Source of the DNA: an uncultured Myxococcales bacterium
Lineage (GTDB): Bacteria > Myxococcota_A > Polyangia > Palsa-1104 > JAEUJZ01
Assembly (NCBI GenBank): GCA_964554495.1
Contig: CAZKOY010000006.1
Coordinates: 4,796 to 68,795 of the forward strand
Direction of reading: 5' to 3'
DNA: 64,000 nt
Both the position numbers and the translations under genes were made by a program. The notes under the pieces are model-generated. The model had not been told where the DNA came from, searched no databases, and saw only the letters and a list, made by a program, of their open reading frames with translations. Shown piece by piece: positions 45,983 to 54,617 of the stretch. The first letter of the stretch is position 1, and every line of letters begins with the position of its first letter.

Positions 45983-48280
45983 CTATCCGCCAGACAGGCG
46001 TTTCTGCAACTGGTCGATCGTGGCTTGCAAGACCGTGCCTTTGCGCAGGCAGGGCCAGCAGTCATTTTGGCCACCGGGGCCGCAGCCCGTCGGCACCTGA
46101 AGCTGCTGCAGATAGTTCAGCGTGCGCAGATCGCCCTGCGTGGCCGCTCGGCGCAGCAGGTTTCGCTTGTCTTCGCAGCGTGCCGCTCCGCGCAGATCCA
46201 ACAGGATGATCGTCTGCTCAGTTGCCAAAGCGCGGACGTTGCCTTTCTGCAAGCTGGCGAAGAACTTGCTGCGCCACGGCTCCATGGTCGTGCGATCGGC
46301 CAGATCGCTCAGCGCCCCGACGCCGCGATCTCCCAAGCCGGTCTCAAGCATCGCAAGCGCAGCATCGGCGGTCTCGGGCTGCAGAGCCGCTTCGGTGACC
46401 ACTTGCAGCATCTGATCATCGCTGGCCATCGCCGGGTCTAAGCGTGACAGCGTGCCGATGGCGCGCAGCGCACCTGCATAGTTTTTTCGCTCGGCATGAG
46501 TTCGGGCCAGTGCGCGATAGATTCGCGAGTCCTGCGGATAGCGCGTCGCCAGCTTCTCTAGGCTGCTGGCTCCATCCTTGAGCCCTTTTTCCATCTCAGA
46601 ATCGCTGGCGAAGCCGGCCATCGCGCCGCTGCTTGGCGCATCAGATCCACCGCTCACAAGCACCAAGAAAAGGATGATCACGGGCAGTGCGAGAACGGCA
46701 GCAACGATCAGGCTCAGCACTGCCTGCGACATGTCGCGGTGCTTTTCGGGTAGCTTGCCGCGCACGAAGTCGAGCAGCTTGCCCCAGTAGATCGGCGCGT
46801 TTTCTTTCGTGAAGGCCCAGCCCTGCTGGCTCTTTTCGCGCAGCATCGGCCAGCCCTTGGCGCGCCACCAACCGACGGCTTCGCCGCTGGCATCTTTGAC
46901 GCGCTCGCCCAGCGTCGGGGGCGGCGCCGGAGTCAGCACGGCAGGGTTGGGCGCGTTCTCGGGCTTGATTAGGCTCAGATCGACGACACTCGGCATGCGC
47001 AGCTTGGGAGGACCCGCGCCATCCGCTGGCTTGTCGCCACCTGCTTCTTTTCCACCTGCTGCCGGTGCGGCTTCCGTTTCCTTCGTAGCGCTCGCGCTTA
47101 GCTCTTTCAGCGCGGCCGAGATGCTGCCGGCATTGCTGGGATCCGGGTTGGGATCGAGCTTGGTCTCGGCATTGGCGAAGGCCGCGGCGCTCTTCTGTTC
47201 GTAGTCGTCTGGCGCCACCTTCGTAGGATGCTCGTTGCCCGCACCGCGTCCGACGACCACGCTTCGTCCCGTCGAGATAGGGCTGGGCAGGCTCTGGCTG
47301 GGATCGTACTTGAGACCCTCGGCCGAAATCAGGTTGTCCAGCGCCTCAAGCAAGAGCTTGGCGCTCTGGATGCGGCTCTCGGGCTTCTTCTCAAGCAGGC
47401 GCATGACCAGCGCTTCCAGCGCAGGCGGGATCTTGATATGCGGTGCGCGCTCTTTCATCGTCGGCACTTTGGCCACGACGTGCATACGCAGAAGCGCCGC
47501 TGAGTCATCGCCATCAAATGGCAAAACGCCCGACAGCATCTCGTACAGCACGACACCCAGGGCGTACAGATCCGTGCGGCCATCGACTTCGCCGCCGGCT
47601 GCTTGCTCGGGCGCCATGTACGCAGGCGTGCCGAATACTGCGCCGTACCGCGTGAGGATCTCGCTGCGCCGCACGCCGTGATCGCTTTCGCCTTCCAAAA
47701 GCGCGCTTACCGACAGCTTGGCCAGGCCAAAGTCCAGCACCTTTACAAAGTTGCCATCCCCGTCGCGCAGCACCAGCATGATGTTCTCGGGCTTCAAGTC
47801 CCGATGAATGATCCCAAGGCCGTGGGCACGCAGAAGAGCACTCGCGATCTGCTTGGCGATGTGCAGCGCAGCGGGAGCCGGCAAGGGGCCATGGTTTAAG
47901 CGGTCACGCAGGCTCTTGCCATCGATGTATTCGAGCACCACGAACAGCGCACCATCGTCGGTGCGACCGCTGTCGGTGGCCGCGACGACGTTGGGGTGAT
48001 CGATGTGGGCAGCGGCCAGGGCCTCGCGTTCGAAGCGCGCCACCATCTCGGGGTTGCGCATCATCTCGCGGTTTAGGACTTTCAGCGCCAAGCGCTTGCG
48101 TATGACGTTGTGCTCGACGAGAAACACGGCGCCCATGCCGCCCTCGCCGATAAGCTGCTGCACCTTGTAGCGGCCCGCAACGGTTGTGCCGATCAGCTTG
48201 CGCACAAGCTCTTGGGCGCCTTCACTCTCACCGGAGCTAGCAGGGAACGGGGGCGATCCAGGCGAATCGGGTAGGGGCAT
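45983..48280 (-). CDS. Ser/Thr protein kinase with TM helix and C-terminal TPR-like region
   Basis: 'IGEGGMGAVFLVEH...ALKVL', 'HRDLKPENIML', 'DFGLAK', 'APE'. TM 'VLSLIVAAVLALPVIILFLVLV'. Start at Met index 14. Confidence 0.8.
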   Translation of the reverse strand: MPLPDSPGSPPFPASSGESEGAQELVRKLIGTTVAGRYKVQQLIGEGGMGAVFLVEHNVIRKRLALKVLNREMMRNPEMVARFEREALAAAHIDHPNVVAATDSGRTDDGALFVVLEYIDGKSLRDRLNHGPLPAPAALHIAKQIASALLRAHGLGIIHRDLKPENIMLVLRDGDGNFVKVLDFGLAKLSVSALLEGESDHGVRRSEILTRYGAVFGTPAYMAPEQAAGGEVDGRTDLYALGVVLYEMLSGVLPFDGDDSAALLRMHVVAKVPTMKERAPHIKIPPALEALVMRLLEKKPESRIQSAKLLLEALDNLISAEGLKYDPSQSLPSPISTGRSVVVGRGAGNEHPTKVAPDDYEQKSAAAFANAETKLDPNPDPSNAGSISAALKELSASATKETEAAPAAGGKEAGGDKPADGAGPPKLRMPSVVDLSLIKPENAPNPAVLTPAPPPTLGERVKDASGEAVGWWRAKGWPMLREKSQQGWAFTKENAPIYWGKLLDFVRGKLPEKHRDMSQAVLSLIVAAVLALPVIILFLVLVSGGSDAPSSGAMAGFASDSEMEKGLKDGASSLEKLATRYPQDSRIYRALARTHAERKNYAGALRAIGTLSRLDPAMASDDQMLQVVTEAALQPETADAALAMLETGLGDRGVGALSDLADRTTMEPWRSKFFASLQKGNVRALATEQTIILLDLRGAARCEDKRNLLRRAATQGDLRTLNYLQQLQVPTGCGPGGQNDCWPCLRKGTVLQATIDQLQKRLSGG

Positions 48281-48373
48281 CGTAACTACGATACCGGATC
48301 TCCACTCTCGGCGAGGCAGCAATCTCCTAGGTCGCGGACATCAGGTTTGGACGGTCTGACCACACGCGCGGAC

Positions 48374-49705
48374 CTATTGCACGGCGTAGATGCGGCGTTC
48401 CTGCGGATCGATCCCGAAATAGCGCGGGCGCTGGTCAATCAGATGCAAGGCGGCGCCATGGGCGGCTGTGCCGCTGCCGTCAGCAGGGCGCTGATCGGCT
48501 TGCGCGTCCGCGGTGCGCAACGCCTCGTATTCCGCGAAGCTCAAGCGCGTGCGCTCGCGCAGCGGGGCCAGCACGTCGAGGGCTAAGAGAAGCTCTGCAG
48601 CCTCGGGTCGGACGCGGCCGGCGAAGAACTCAGCGGCGCAGCCCGAGCCATAGCTGAACAGCCCGATGCGCTGCCCAGCAAGCTCGCCGGCTTGGTGGTG
48701 CAGAAGCGACAGCAGGGCCAAATACAGCGAGCCGGTATAGATGTTCCCCACCTGTGACGGCAGACGCAGCGAGGGCTCGACATCGCGCTGATAGCTGATC
48801 TCGGCCGCGGCTTCGTCGAGGCCATCGATCTGACAGCGTCGTCCGTGCGCTTTGCGCGCCATTTTTCCGTAGGGCACGTGGTAGCACGTGCGTAGCAAGC
48901 GGTCGCTGCTCGCGTCGGTCGCTGGATTCAATGTGCGCCACTCGGCATAGGCACCGGCCAGCGCGTCCAAATAGCACTGCACCGAAAAGTGTCCATCAAC
49001 GAGCGCGTCTTTGCGGTACAGCGGTCGCCAGAAGTCGTGGACGTTGGCGGAAAAGCAGCCGCTGCGACCGACCTCCAGATCGAGCAAGCGCGGGTTTTCG
49101 CGGACGAGCATGGCGACGGCTCCTGCGCCCTGCGTGGGCTCGCCAGCAGAGTTCAGCGAATAGCGCGCGATGTCCGTGCAAACGATGAGAGCCGAGCGAC
49201 CGCGCGCTGAGCCCGAGGCGATCCAGTCGAGCGCGTTCTGCAGGCCCGCTGTGCCGCCGAAGCAGGCATGCTTCGTCTCGAAGACGCGGCAGGCACTGGG
49301 CAGGCCCAGCAAGCCGTGCAAGTACGATGCGATGGGCTTGGAGTGATCGACAGCGGTCTCGGTCCCGACGATGCAAAGACCGATCTCGCTGGCGCTGCGG
49401 CCTGCGCCGCGAAGCAGGCGGCGTGCTGCGTCGGTGGCGAGCGTCACCGGATCCTCATCGGGGGCCGCGACGGCCATCTGGGTCACGCCCAGGCCCTGTT
49501 CATACTTCGCTGCCGGCACACCGCGTGCTGCGGCCAAGTCGGCAAGCGCAAGGTATCCGCGTGGTACGGCAAAGGCCATCGCATCAATGCCGATGCGTCG
49601 ATCGCCCAGCCCGACGGAGCCAGAGGTATTGGCCGTTGCGGTCTCGCAACCAGTGGCACCACGAGCAGGGCTATTCGAAGAAGAGGATTGCGGTTGGTTG
49701 GTCAT
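48374..49705 (-). CDS. mvaS: Hydroxymethylglutaryl-CoA synthase
   Basis: 'IGIDAMAFAVPRGYL' (start of the HMGS fold). Catalytic Cys region 'ETKHACFGGTAGLQ'. 'LFSYGSGCAAEFF'. Start Met 49705 (alternative 49729). Confidence 0.8.
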   Translation of the reverse strand: MTNQPQSSSSNSPARGATGCETATANTSGSVGLGDRRIGIDAMAFAVPRGYLALADLAAARGVPAAKYEQGLGVTQMAVAAPDEDPVTLATDAARRLLRGAGRSASEIGLCIVGTETAVDHSKPIASYLHGLLGLPSACRVFETKHACFGGTAGLQNALDWIASGSARGRSALIVCTDIARYSLNSAGEPTQGAGAVAMLVRENPRLLDLEVGRSGCFSANVHDFWRPLYRKDALVDGHFSVQCYLDALAGAYAEWRTLNPATDASSDRLLRTCYHVPYGKMARKAHGRRCQIDGLDEAAAEISYQRDVEPSLRLPSQVGNIYTGSLYLALLSLLHHQAGELAGQRIGLFSYGSGCAAEFFAGRVRPEAAELLLALDVLAPLRERTRLSFAEYEALRTADAQADQRPADGSGTAAHGAALHLIDQRPRYFGIDPQERRIYAVQ

Positions 49706-49897
49706 GACCGAGCGGCTAGCGCAAGGCATGTGCCACTGCGACGCGGACGCGCTGTGCCTCGGAAGCAACGAAGGCCTGGGGTGCGGCGCGGCCGCCAGTG
49801 TGCGCTGGGCCTTGCGAACCCGCACGCTTTCGGGCGCGGTCGCACGCCGAGCGTCGCGCGAATCTGCCTGCGCAATCCGCGTGATAGATTGCGCGCC

Positions 49898-50545
49898 ATG
49901 TCTTCTTTGTTGGTCTTGGCTTCTGCTTCTCCGCGTCGCATCGCGATGCTGCAGAAATCCGGTGTGCCCCATGCGGTCTATCCCGTCGAGATCGACGAGA
50001 CGCCGCGTCCGTTCGAGTCAGCCGAAGCGCTGGTCCTGCGTCTCAGCCAAGAAAAAGCCGACGCTGCTGCGCTGCGCGTGGCTCGCGATAGCGGCGGGGC
50101 CGAGTCGACCCCGATCCTGGCTGCCGATACCGTCGTCGTTGCGATGTCGGAAGGACAGCCCAGCCTGCTCGGCAAGCCACCGCACGCGGGAGCAGCGCGG
50201 CAGATGATCTCGCTGTTGTCCGGCGCAACGCATCGCGTGGTCACCGGCTATCACCTTCGCATGCCTCAGGCCAGCGACGGCAGCGTGTCGCGTGTACAGC
50301 GCGCGGTGTCGACCGATGTCGATGTTCGTCCGCTGCGCCCCGACGAAATCGAGGGGTATCTGCGCAGCGAAGAGTGGCGAGGCAAAGCCGGCGGCTATGC
50401 GCTGCAGGGCCTGTTTTCCTGCTTCGTCACGGCGATTCGCGGCAGCTATGAAAACGTCGTGGGGCTGCCCTTGGCGGCGGTGCTTGAGGATCTGCGCGCG
50501 ACAAACCTGCTGCCGGCTGGCTGGCCGGACTGGAAGCCACAGTGA
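49898..50545 (+). CDS. maf: Maf-family nucleoside triphosphate pyrophosphatase
   Basis: 'LVLASASPRRIAMLQKSGV' N-terminal Maf signature. Length 215 aa. Ends 'GLPLAAVLEDL'. Confidence 0.8.
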   Translation: MSSLLVLASASPRRIAMLQKSGVPHAVYPVEIDETPRPFESAEALVLRLSQEKADAAALRVARDSGGAESTPILAADTVVVAMSEGQPSLLGKPPHAGAARQMISLLSGATHRVVTGYHLRMPQASDGSVSRVQRAVSTDVDVRPLRPDEIEGYLRSEEWRGKAGGYALQGLFSCFVTAIRGSYENVVGLPLAAVLEDLRATNLLPAGWPDWKPQ

Positions 50546-51333
50546 GCGAGGTCGGTGAAGTGGCGGGCTCAGAGGTCGACTGGTCAGCGCGGCTTGCGGT
50601 CACGCTGCCGACGCTGCGCTCGGGGATACAGCGCGCTTGTGAGCAGGCGGGGCGCTCGCTTGCCGATGTGCGTCTGGTCGCGGTCAGCAAGCATCAGCCG
50701 ACCGCGGCCATCGTGGCGGCACTGCGAGCCGGTCAGTTCGACTTCGGCGAAAACTACGCCCAAGAGCTTCGCGACAAGGCGGCCGAGCTAAGTTGTGATG
50801 CAACGCTGGCCGCTGAATATGCGCGGCTGCGCTTTCACTTCATCGGTCCGCTTCAGCGCAACAAGGTGAACCTGATCGTCGGCCGCGTCGCGCTGGTACA
50901 CACCGTCGACAGCATCCCATTGATCGAGGCAATTTCGGCGCGGGTCTTGCGCATGCGGCAGGCGGCGAGCGATGAAGCGCAGGCGCAGCGCGTGCAGGAC
51001 TGCTTGCTGCAGATCAACGTCGGGGATGAAGCGCAAAAAGCCGGCTGCAGCCCGGCGGAGCTTCCGGCTTTGCTTGATGCGATCGCGCGGCAAGAAGGTC
51101 GGCTGCTTTGCCACGGACTGATGTGCATCCCGCCTGCCTGCAGCGATCCGCAAGCGGTGCGACCGTACTTTGCGCTTCTGCGCAGCCTGCGCGATCAGCA
51201 GGCCACGATTCCCAGGCCATTTGTGAATCTGCGTGAGCTATCGATGGGGATGAGCCACGACTATGAGGTCGCGATCGCTGAAGGCGCGACGCTGATCCGC
51301 GTCGGCACCGCCCTGTTTGGTCCCCGCGGCTAG
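50542..51333 (+). CDS. yggS: YggS-family pyridoxal-phosphate homeostasis protein
   Basis: 'VRLVAVSKHQPTAAIVAALRAGQFDFGENYAQEL' (PLP-Lys in AVSK) and 'HFIGPLQRNKVN'. GTG start overlapping the maf stop. Confidence 0.8.
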   Translation: MSEVGEVAGSEVDWSARLAVTLPTLRSGIQRACEQAGRSLADVRLVAVSKHQPTAAIVAALRAGQFDFGENYAQELRDKAAELSCDATLAAEYARLRFHFIGPLQRNKVNLIVGRVALVHTVDSIPLIEAISARVLRMRQAASDEAQAQRVQDCLLQINVGDEAQKAGCSPAELPALLDAIARQEGRLLCHGLMCIPPACSDPQAVRPYFALLRSLRDQQATIPRPFVNLRELSMGMSHDYEVAIAEGATLIRVGTALFGPRG

Positions 51334-51410
51334 AAGCGATCTCACAGACCTACTGCGGGCCCAATCCTGCCGGCTGTCCGTCCTTACGGCCCCACGGCCG
51401 CTGCGGGGGC
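51319..51410 (+). repeat. Roughly 90-nt repeat element, copy B, spanning the stop codon of yggS
   Basis: See copy A at 29750..29841. Identity starts about 10 nt before the TAG stop and runs about 80 nt past it. Confidence 0.7.
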
Positions 51411-51561
51411 GATTTGCCGTGATCGCGACGCGACTGGCAGCCTGACATCGGCAAGCGAACTCGCCGGAAGTTTTCTCCCGCTCAGAAGGCGGATTTGCTG
51501 CGCAAGCACCGCGTCCAGATCTGCCGCGACGCGTCTGCTGCGCGGGGCGCGGTGCGATACG

Positions 51562-52500
51562 ATGACAGGGATGCAGGACCTGCGCATAGCACCCCAGGTA
51601 GCCACAGGGGCCCGCGTGACACGCAGCCAGCGCCGCGCCCTGGAGCACACACAGGGGCGATGGTCCGCAGGGCGGGGACGGCGCATCGTCTGTTGGTTCG
51701 GGTTGAGTTGCCTAGGCAGCGGCTGTCTCGTTCCACAGGCGGCGTTGGCCCAGCTATCCCCCCCGACGACGCGCATCGAGGCAACAGAGATCCCGGCGCC
51801 GACGCAAGCTGCCGTCCCGTCGCCCGCTGTCCCGACGTCCGATCCTGGCCCCGCTCGCCAGGGGACCGATTCGGCGCCGAGCCCACCTGGCAGTGCGCTC
51901 GTGCGGTTGCTCGATATGCCTCTGCCGCTGCCGCCCGGTGAGTCACGCGATGCAGCCAGCCGCCATCACGTGCAGCTAGCTACGCGATACTTCAGCGAAG
52001 GGGCTTATGTGCAGACGGCGAACGAGTGCATTGCGGCCTATCGCCTGCAGCCGGCGCCCCTGCTGTTGTTCAACGCTGCGCAAGCGCTGCGCAAGGCGTC
52101 CCGCTGGCTCGATGCCGTGGCCTTGTATGAGCGCTATCTAAGCCAGGCCCCGCCGCCGAACATGGCAGCCGAAGCCCAGGCGCATATCGCCTCGGCGCGA
52201 GCGCAGATGCGCGTGCAGGCCATCAACGAACAGCTGAGCTCGGCCGAGGCGCAAGCCCGCCGCCAAGGTGAAGCCGCCGAGCGCTTGGCCCGAGAAAACG
52301 AGCGTAGTCAGCAAGAAAACCGCGAGCTGCGCATCTTGGTACGCGAGCGTCGGCCGGTCTATCAGCGCCCGTGGTTTTGGGTGGTGCTCGGCGGCTCGAC
52401 GGCAGCGGTCGGCGGCTTGGCCATCGGCTTGGCCATCGCGCTGCAGCCAGAGGTGCCCAAGGGAACTCTTGGCTCTATCCAGGGAGGCTTTCCGCCATGA
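51562..52500 (+). CDS. Hypothetical protein with signal or TM, TPR-like and coiled-coil region, and a C-terminal TM helix
   Basis: 'CWFGLSCLGSGCLVPQAALAQ', 'ATRYFSEGAYVQTANECIAAYRLQPAPLLLFNAAQALRKASRWLDAVALYERYL', C-terminal 'WFWVVLGGSTAAVGGLAIGLAIAL'. Confidence 0.45.
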   Translation: MTGMQDLRIAPQVATGARVTRSQRRALEHTQGRWSAGRGRRIVCWFGLSCLGSGCLVPQAALAQLSPPTTRIEATEIPAPTQAAVPSPAVPTSDPGPARQGTDSAPSPPGSALVRLLDMPLPLPPGESRDAASRHHVQLATRYFSEGAYVQTANECIAAYRLQPAPLLLFNAAQALRKASRWLDAVALYERYLSQAPPPNMAAEAQAHIASARAQMRVQAINEQLSSAEAQARRQGEAAERLARENERSQQENRELRILVRERRPVYQRPWFWVVLGGSTAAVGGLAIGLAIALQPEVPKGTLGSIQGGFPP

Positions 52501-54419
52501 CGTTGTCGCCTGTGGAGACATCCAGCCGTCGTCGTTTGCTGTCGCGACTGCCCTCGCTGCTCGCGGCGCTGCCTCTTTTTCTGGGCAGCGGCTGCCAGCC
52601 CGATCCGTATCTGCTTTTGCAGCTAGACGCCGTGCCTGAGGAGGCCCGCTCGGTGCAGATCCTGTATCAGCGCGGACTGCAGCCGGGCAGCCTGCTGCCT
52701 GCGATTGATCTGCCGCCCGCGCGCACCGCCGGGCTGAGCCTTCGCTTTGACTTGCCGTCGGGAACCCAGGACGAGATCGAGGTCTCGGTCGGCGCATATA
52801 GCGGCGCGTCGGCATCGGGCTGCCTGATCGCCGAGGGCAGTGCCCGCAGTGTGCCTTCGGGGACGCTGCGGGTGCCGTTTCGGCCCATCGTCGTACCCGG
52901 ACAAGACTGCGTGGCAGGCGATGTCGTGGTGCTTGGTGCCTCGCCGTCGCTGCTGTCAACGGCGCAAGCCGTGCAGAGCGAGATCGTGCTTTCGGGCTGG
53001 GGCTTCCAGCCGAGCACCGAGGTGGCCATCGACGGCGTGCCCGTGGCGCAGCAGACCTTCGTCTCGAACAGCACGCTTCGCGTCGTGCCCAGCCAGCCCT
53101 GGCGCAGTGGCGCGGTGGATGTGCGCGTACGGAACGGCGGGCAGCCCTTTGTTCGCAGCGACCTCTTGCGCTTCTGGGCGACGCAGCTTTCCTACCAGGT
53201 GACCGAGCAGCCTTGGGATGAGTATCGGCTGCCAAAGAGCAGCGATCCCATCCTCGCCACGACACTCCTGCGCTACCTATCGTCCGATCCGCGTCTCGCC
53301 ATACTGCGCAAGACGGCTGACGGGCCGGCCGCGTATGACCTGATGGCGACCATTCCGTACTCCAAGGCTCCGCCCAGGGGGGGCCTCGCGCAGCGCGCGG
53401 ACTCGCTCTTTGGGGGGACTGGGCTGAATGGCCCCAGCCAGGTCTTGCGGGCGCAGCTTGACGTCTACCCCGGCGATGACGCCATCGTCATCGATTCCCG
53501 GCCGAGAGATGCCGATGGAATTTTGTACAAGCTGGCCGTGCGTTCCCAGATAGCGCCCAGTCCTGATTACCACGCTTGCAATAATCTTCAATCGAAACCG
53601 CTGAACACGATGCGCATGACCAGCGTATTGACCGTGCCGCGAACAATATCCAGTCCTATATCTACGGATATATGGGTTGCATACGAGAATAATACCATTG
53701 GCATTTTGCGTGGTGATCCGCGTGGACTTTTTAATTATAGAACACCCGGTGTTTGTGATTCCATTAATTTTGCTCAGCCATATAAATCAATTGATGGTAT
53801 GTGGCTATATAACTCTGGACTTGTAGATCACGTACTCGTGCTCGCCAACGACCGTTCCACTCTCGCTGTCGCGTATCCGACGGGCTTCAGCTACTCCAAC
53901 CCCAACGGCGGGATGATAATCCTCTACCAGGGTACTCCTTTGTTTGAATCAAAATTGGGGCCGTTCCAGTACGTGCTGCACGAAGATATTAATCAAGATA
54001 GCGTGCCTGATCTTGGCCTTGTTTACACACAAAACGGTCAGACCATTCTCGAATTACATATGAATACAACTCAGAATGGAATTCTATCCTATTCACAGCC
54101 TGGGGTCATCATTCCTTTCGGTTTCGAGTGCGGCGCAGAAATGCATATGCGAACTGGGGATATCAATGATGACGGATTCTTAGATATCATTATTGGTTGT
54201 AATCATGATGCTCTGCATATATCGACAGTTGAGGCCGTCTTGTCCCAGGGACAGGCCGGCGTGTTTGCCAGCAAACCGCAGTCCATCCCGGCCAGCTTCC
54301 CCCAGGGCAAGGGCTCTCCGCTGTTTTTTGAGGCGCTGTATCTCAATGATCTCAGCCGCCTGTCGCTGATTGTCGTCACCCCGGAAGCGCCGTATCTGCT
54401 CACCAATCACAATCGCTAG
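52497..54419 (+). CDS. Lipoprotein with IPT/TIG-like and FG-GAP-like segments; C-terminal third has anomalous low-GC codon usage
   Basis: ATGA-coupled to the previous gene. Lipobox 'FLGSGC'. 'EIVLSGWGFQPSTEVAIDGVPVAQQTFVSNSTLRVVPS' is IPT-like. 'TGDINDDGFLDIIIGCNHDA' is FG-GAP-like. Nucleotides about 53555-54240 are about 42-45% GC. Confidence 0.55.
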   Translation: MTLSPVETSSRRRLLSRLPSLLAALPLFLGSGCQPDPYLLLQLDAVPEEARSVQILYQRGLQPGSLLPAIDLPPARTAGLSLRFDLPSGTQDEIEVSVGAYSGASASGCLIAEGSARSVPSGTLRVPFRPIVVPGQDCVAGDVVVLGASPSLLSTAQAVQSEIVLSGWGFQPSTEVAIDGVPVAQQTFVSNSTLRVVPSQPWRSGAVDVRVRNGGQPFVRSDLLRFWATQLSYQVTEQPWDEYRLPKSSDPILATTLLRYLSSDPRLAILRKTADGPAAYDLMATIPYSKAPPRGGLAQRADSLFGGTGLNGPSQVLRAQLDVYPGDDAIVIDSRPRDADGILYKLAVRSQIAPSPDYHACNNLQSKPLNTMRMTSVLTVPRTISSPISTDIWVAYENNTIGILRGDPRGLFNYRTPGVCDSINFAQPYKSIDGMWLYNSGLVDHVLVLANDRSTLAVAYPTGFSYSNPNGGMIILYQGTPLFESKLGPFQYVLHEDINQDSVPDLGLVYTQNGQTILELHMNTTQNGILSYSQPGVIIPFGFECGAEMHMRTGDINDDGFLDIIIGCNHDALHISTVEAVLSQGQAGVFASKPQSIPASFPQGKGSPLFFEALYLNDLSRLSLIVVTPEAPYLLTNHNR

Positions 54420-54617
54420 GCGGCTCTGACTCGCCGCCAGATCGCACGGCAGCGCGGGCTTGGGCGCACGCAGCGGATCAGCGAAGCCGCCACAGGGCGG
54501 CGCCCACCGGGGGTTCGCTCGCCGATGGCTGGCGCTCGGGATGACTGGGATGACGAAGCAGGAGTGTGGGTAGAGCCAGCGCTTCCGTCGCGGCTGGACG
54601 AGCACGCCCTTGTCCCG

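Noticed and set aside
52138-53265. 375-aa minus-strand ORF antisense to the 51562 and 52497 genes
   Set aside because: Extremely Arg/Ala-rich (RRRSAAPRARRRWPPRC...) shadow frame. The plus-strand genes have a signal peptide, a lipobox and ATGA coupling.
53555-54240. Low-GC segment as an inserted IS element or prophage fragment
   Set aside because: The reading frame of the host gene continues through it with sensible FG-GAP-like peptide sequence. There are no terminal inverted repeats and no transposase or integrase ORF. It is treated instead as an in-frame mosaic segment (see findings).
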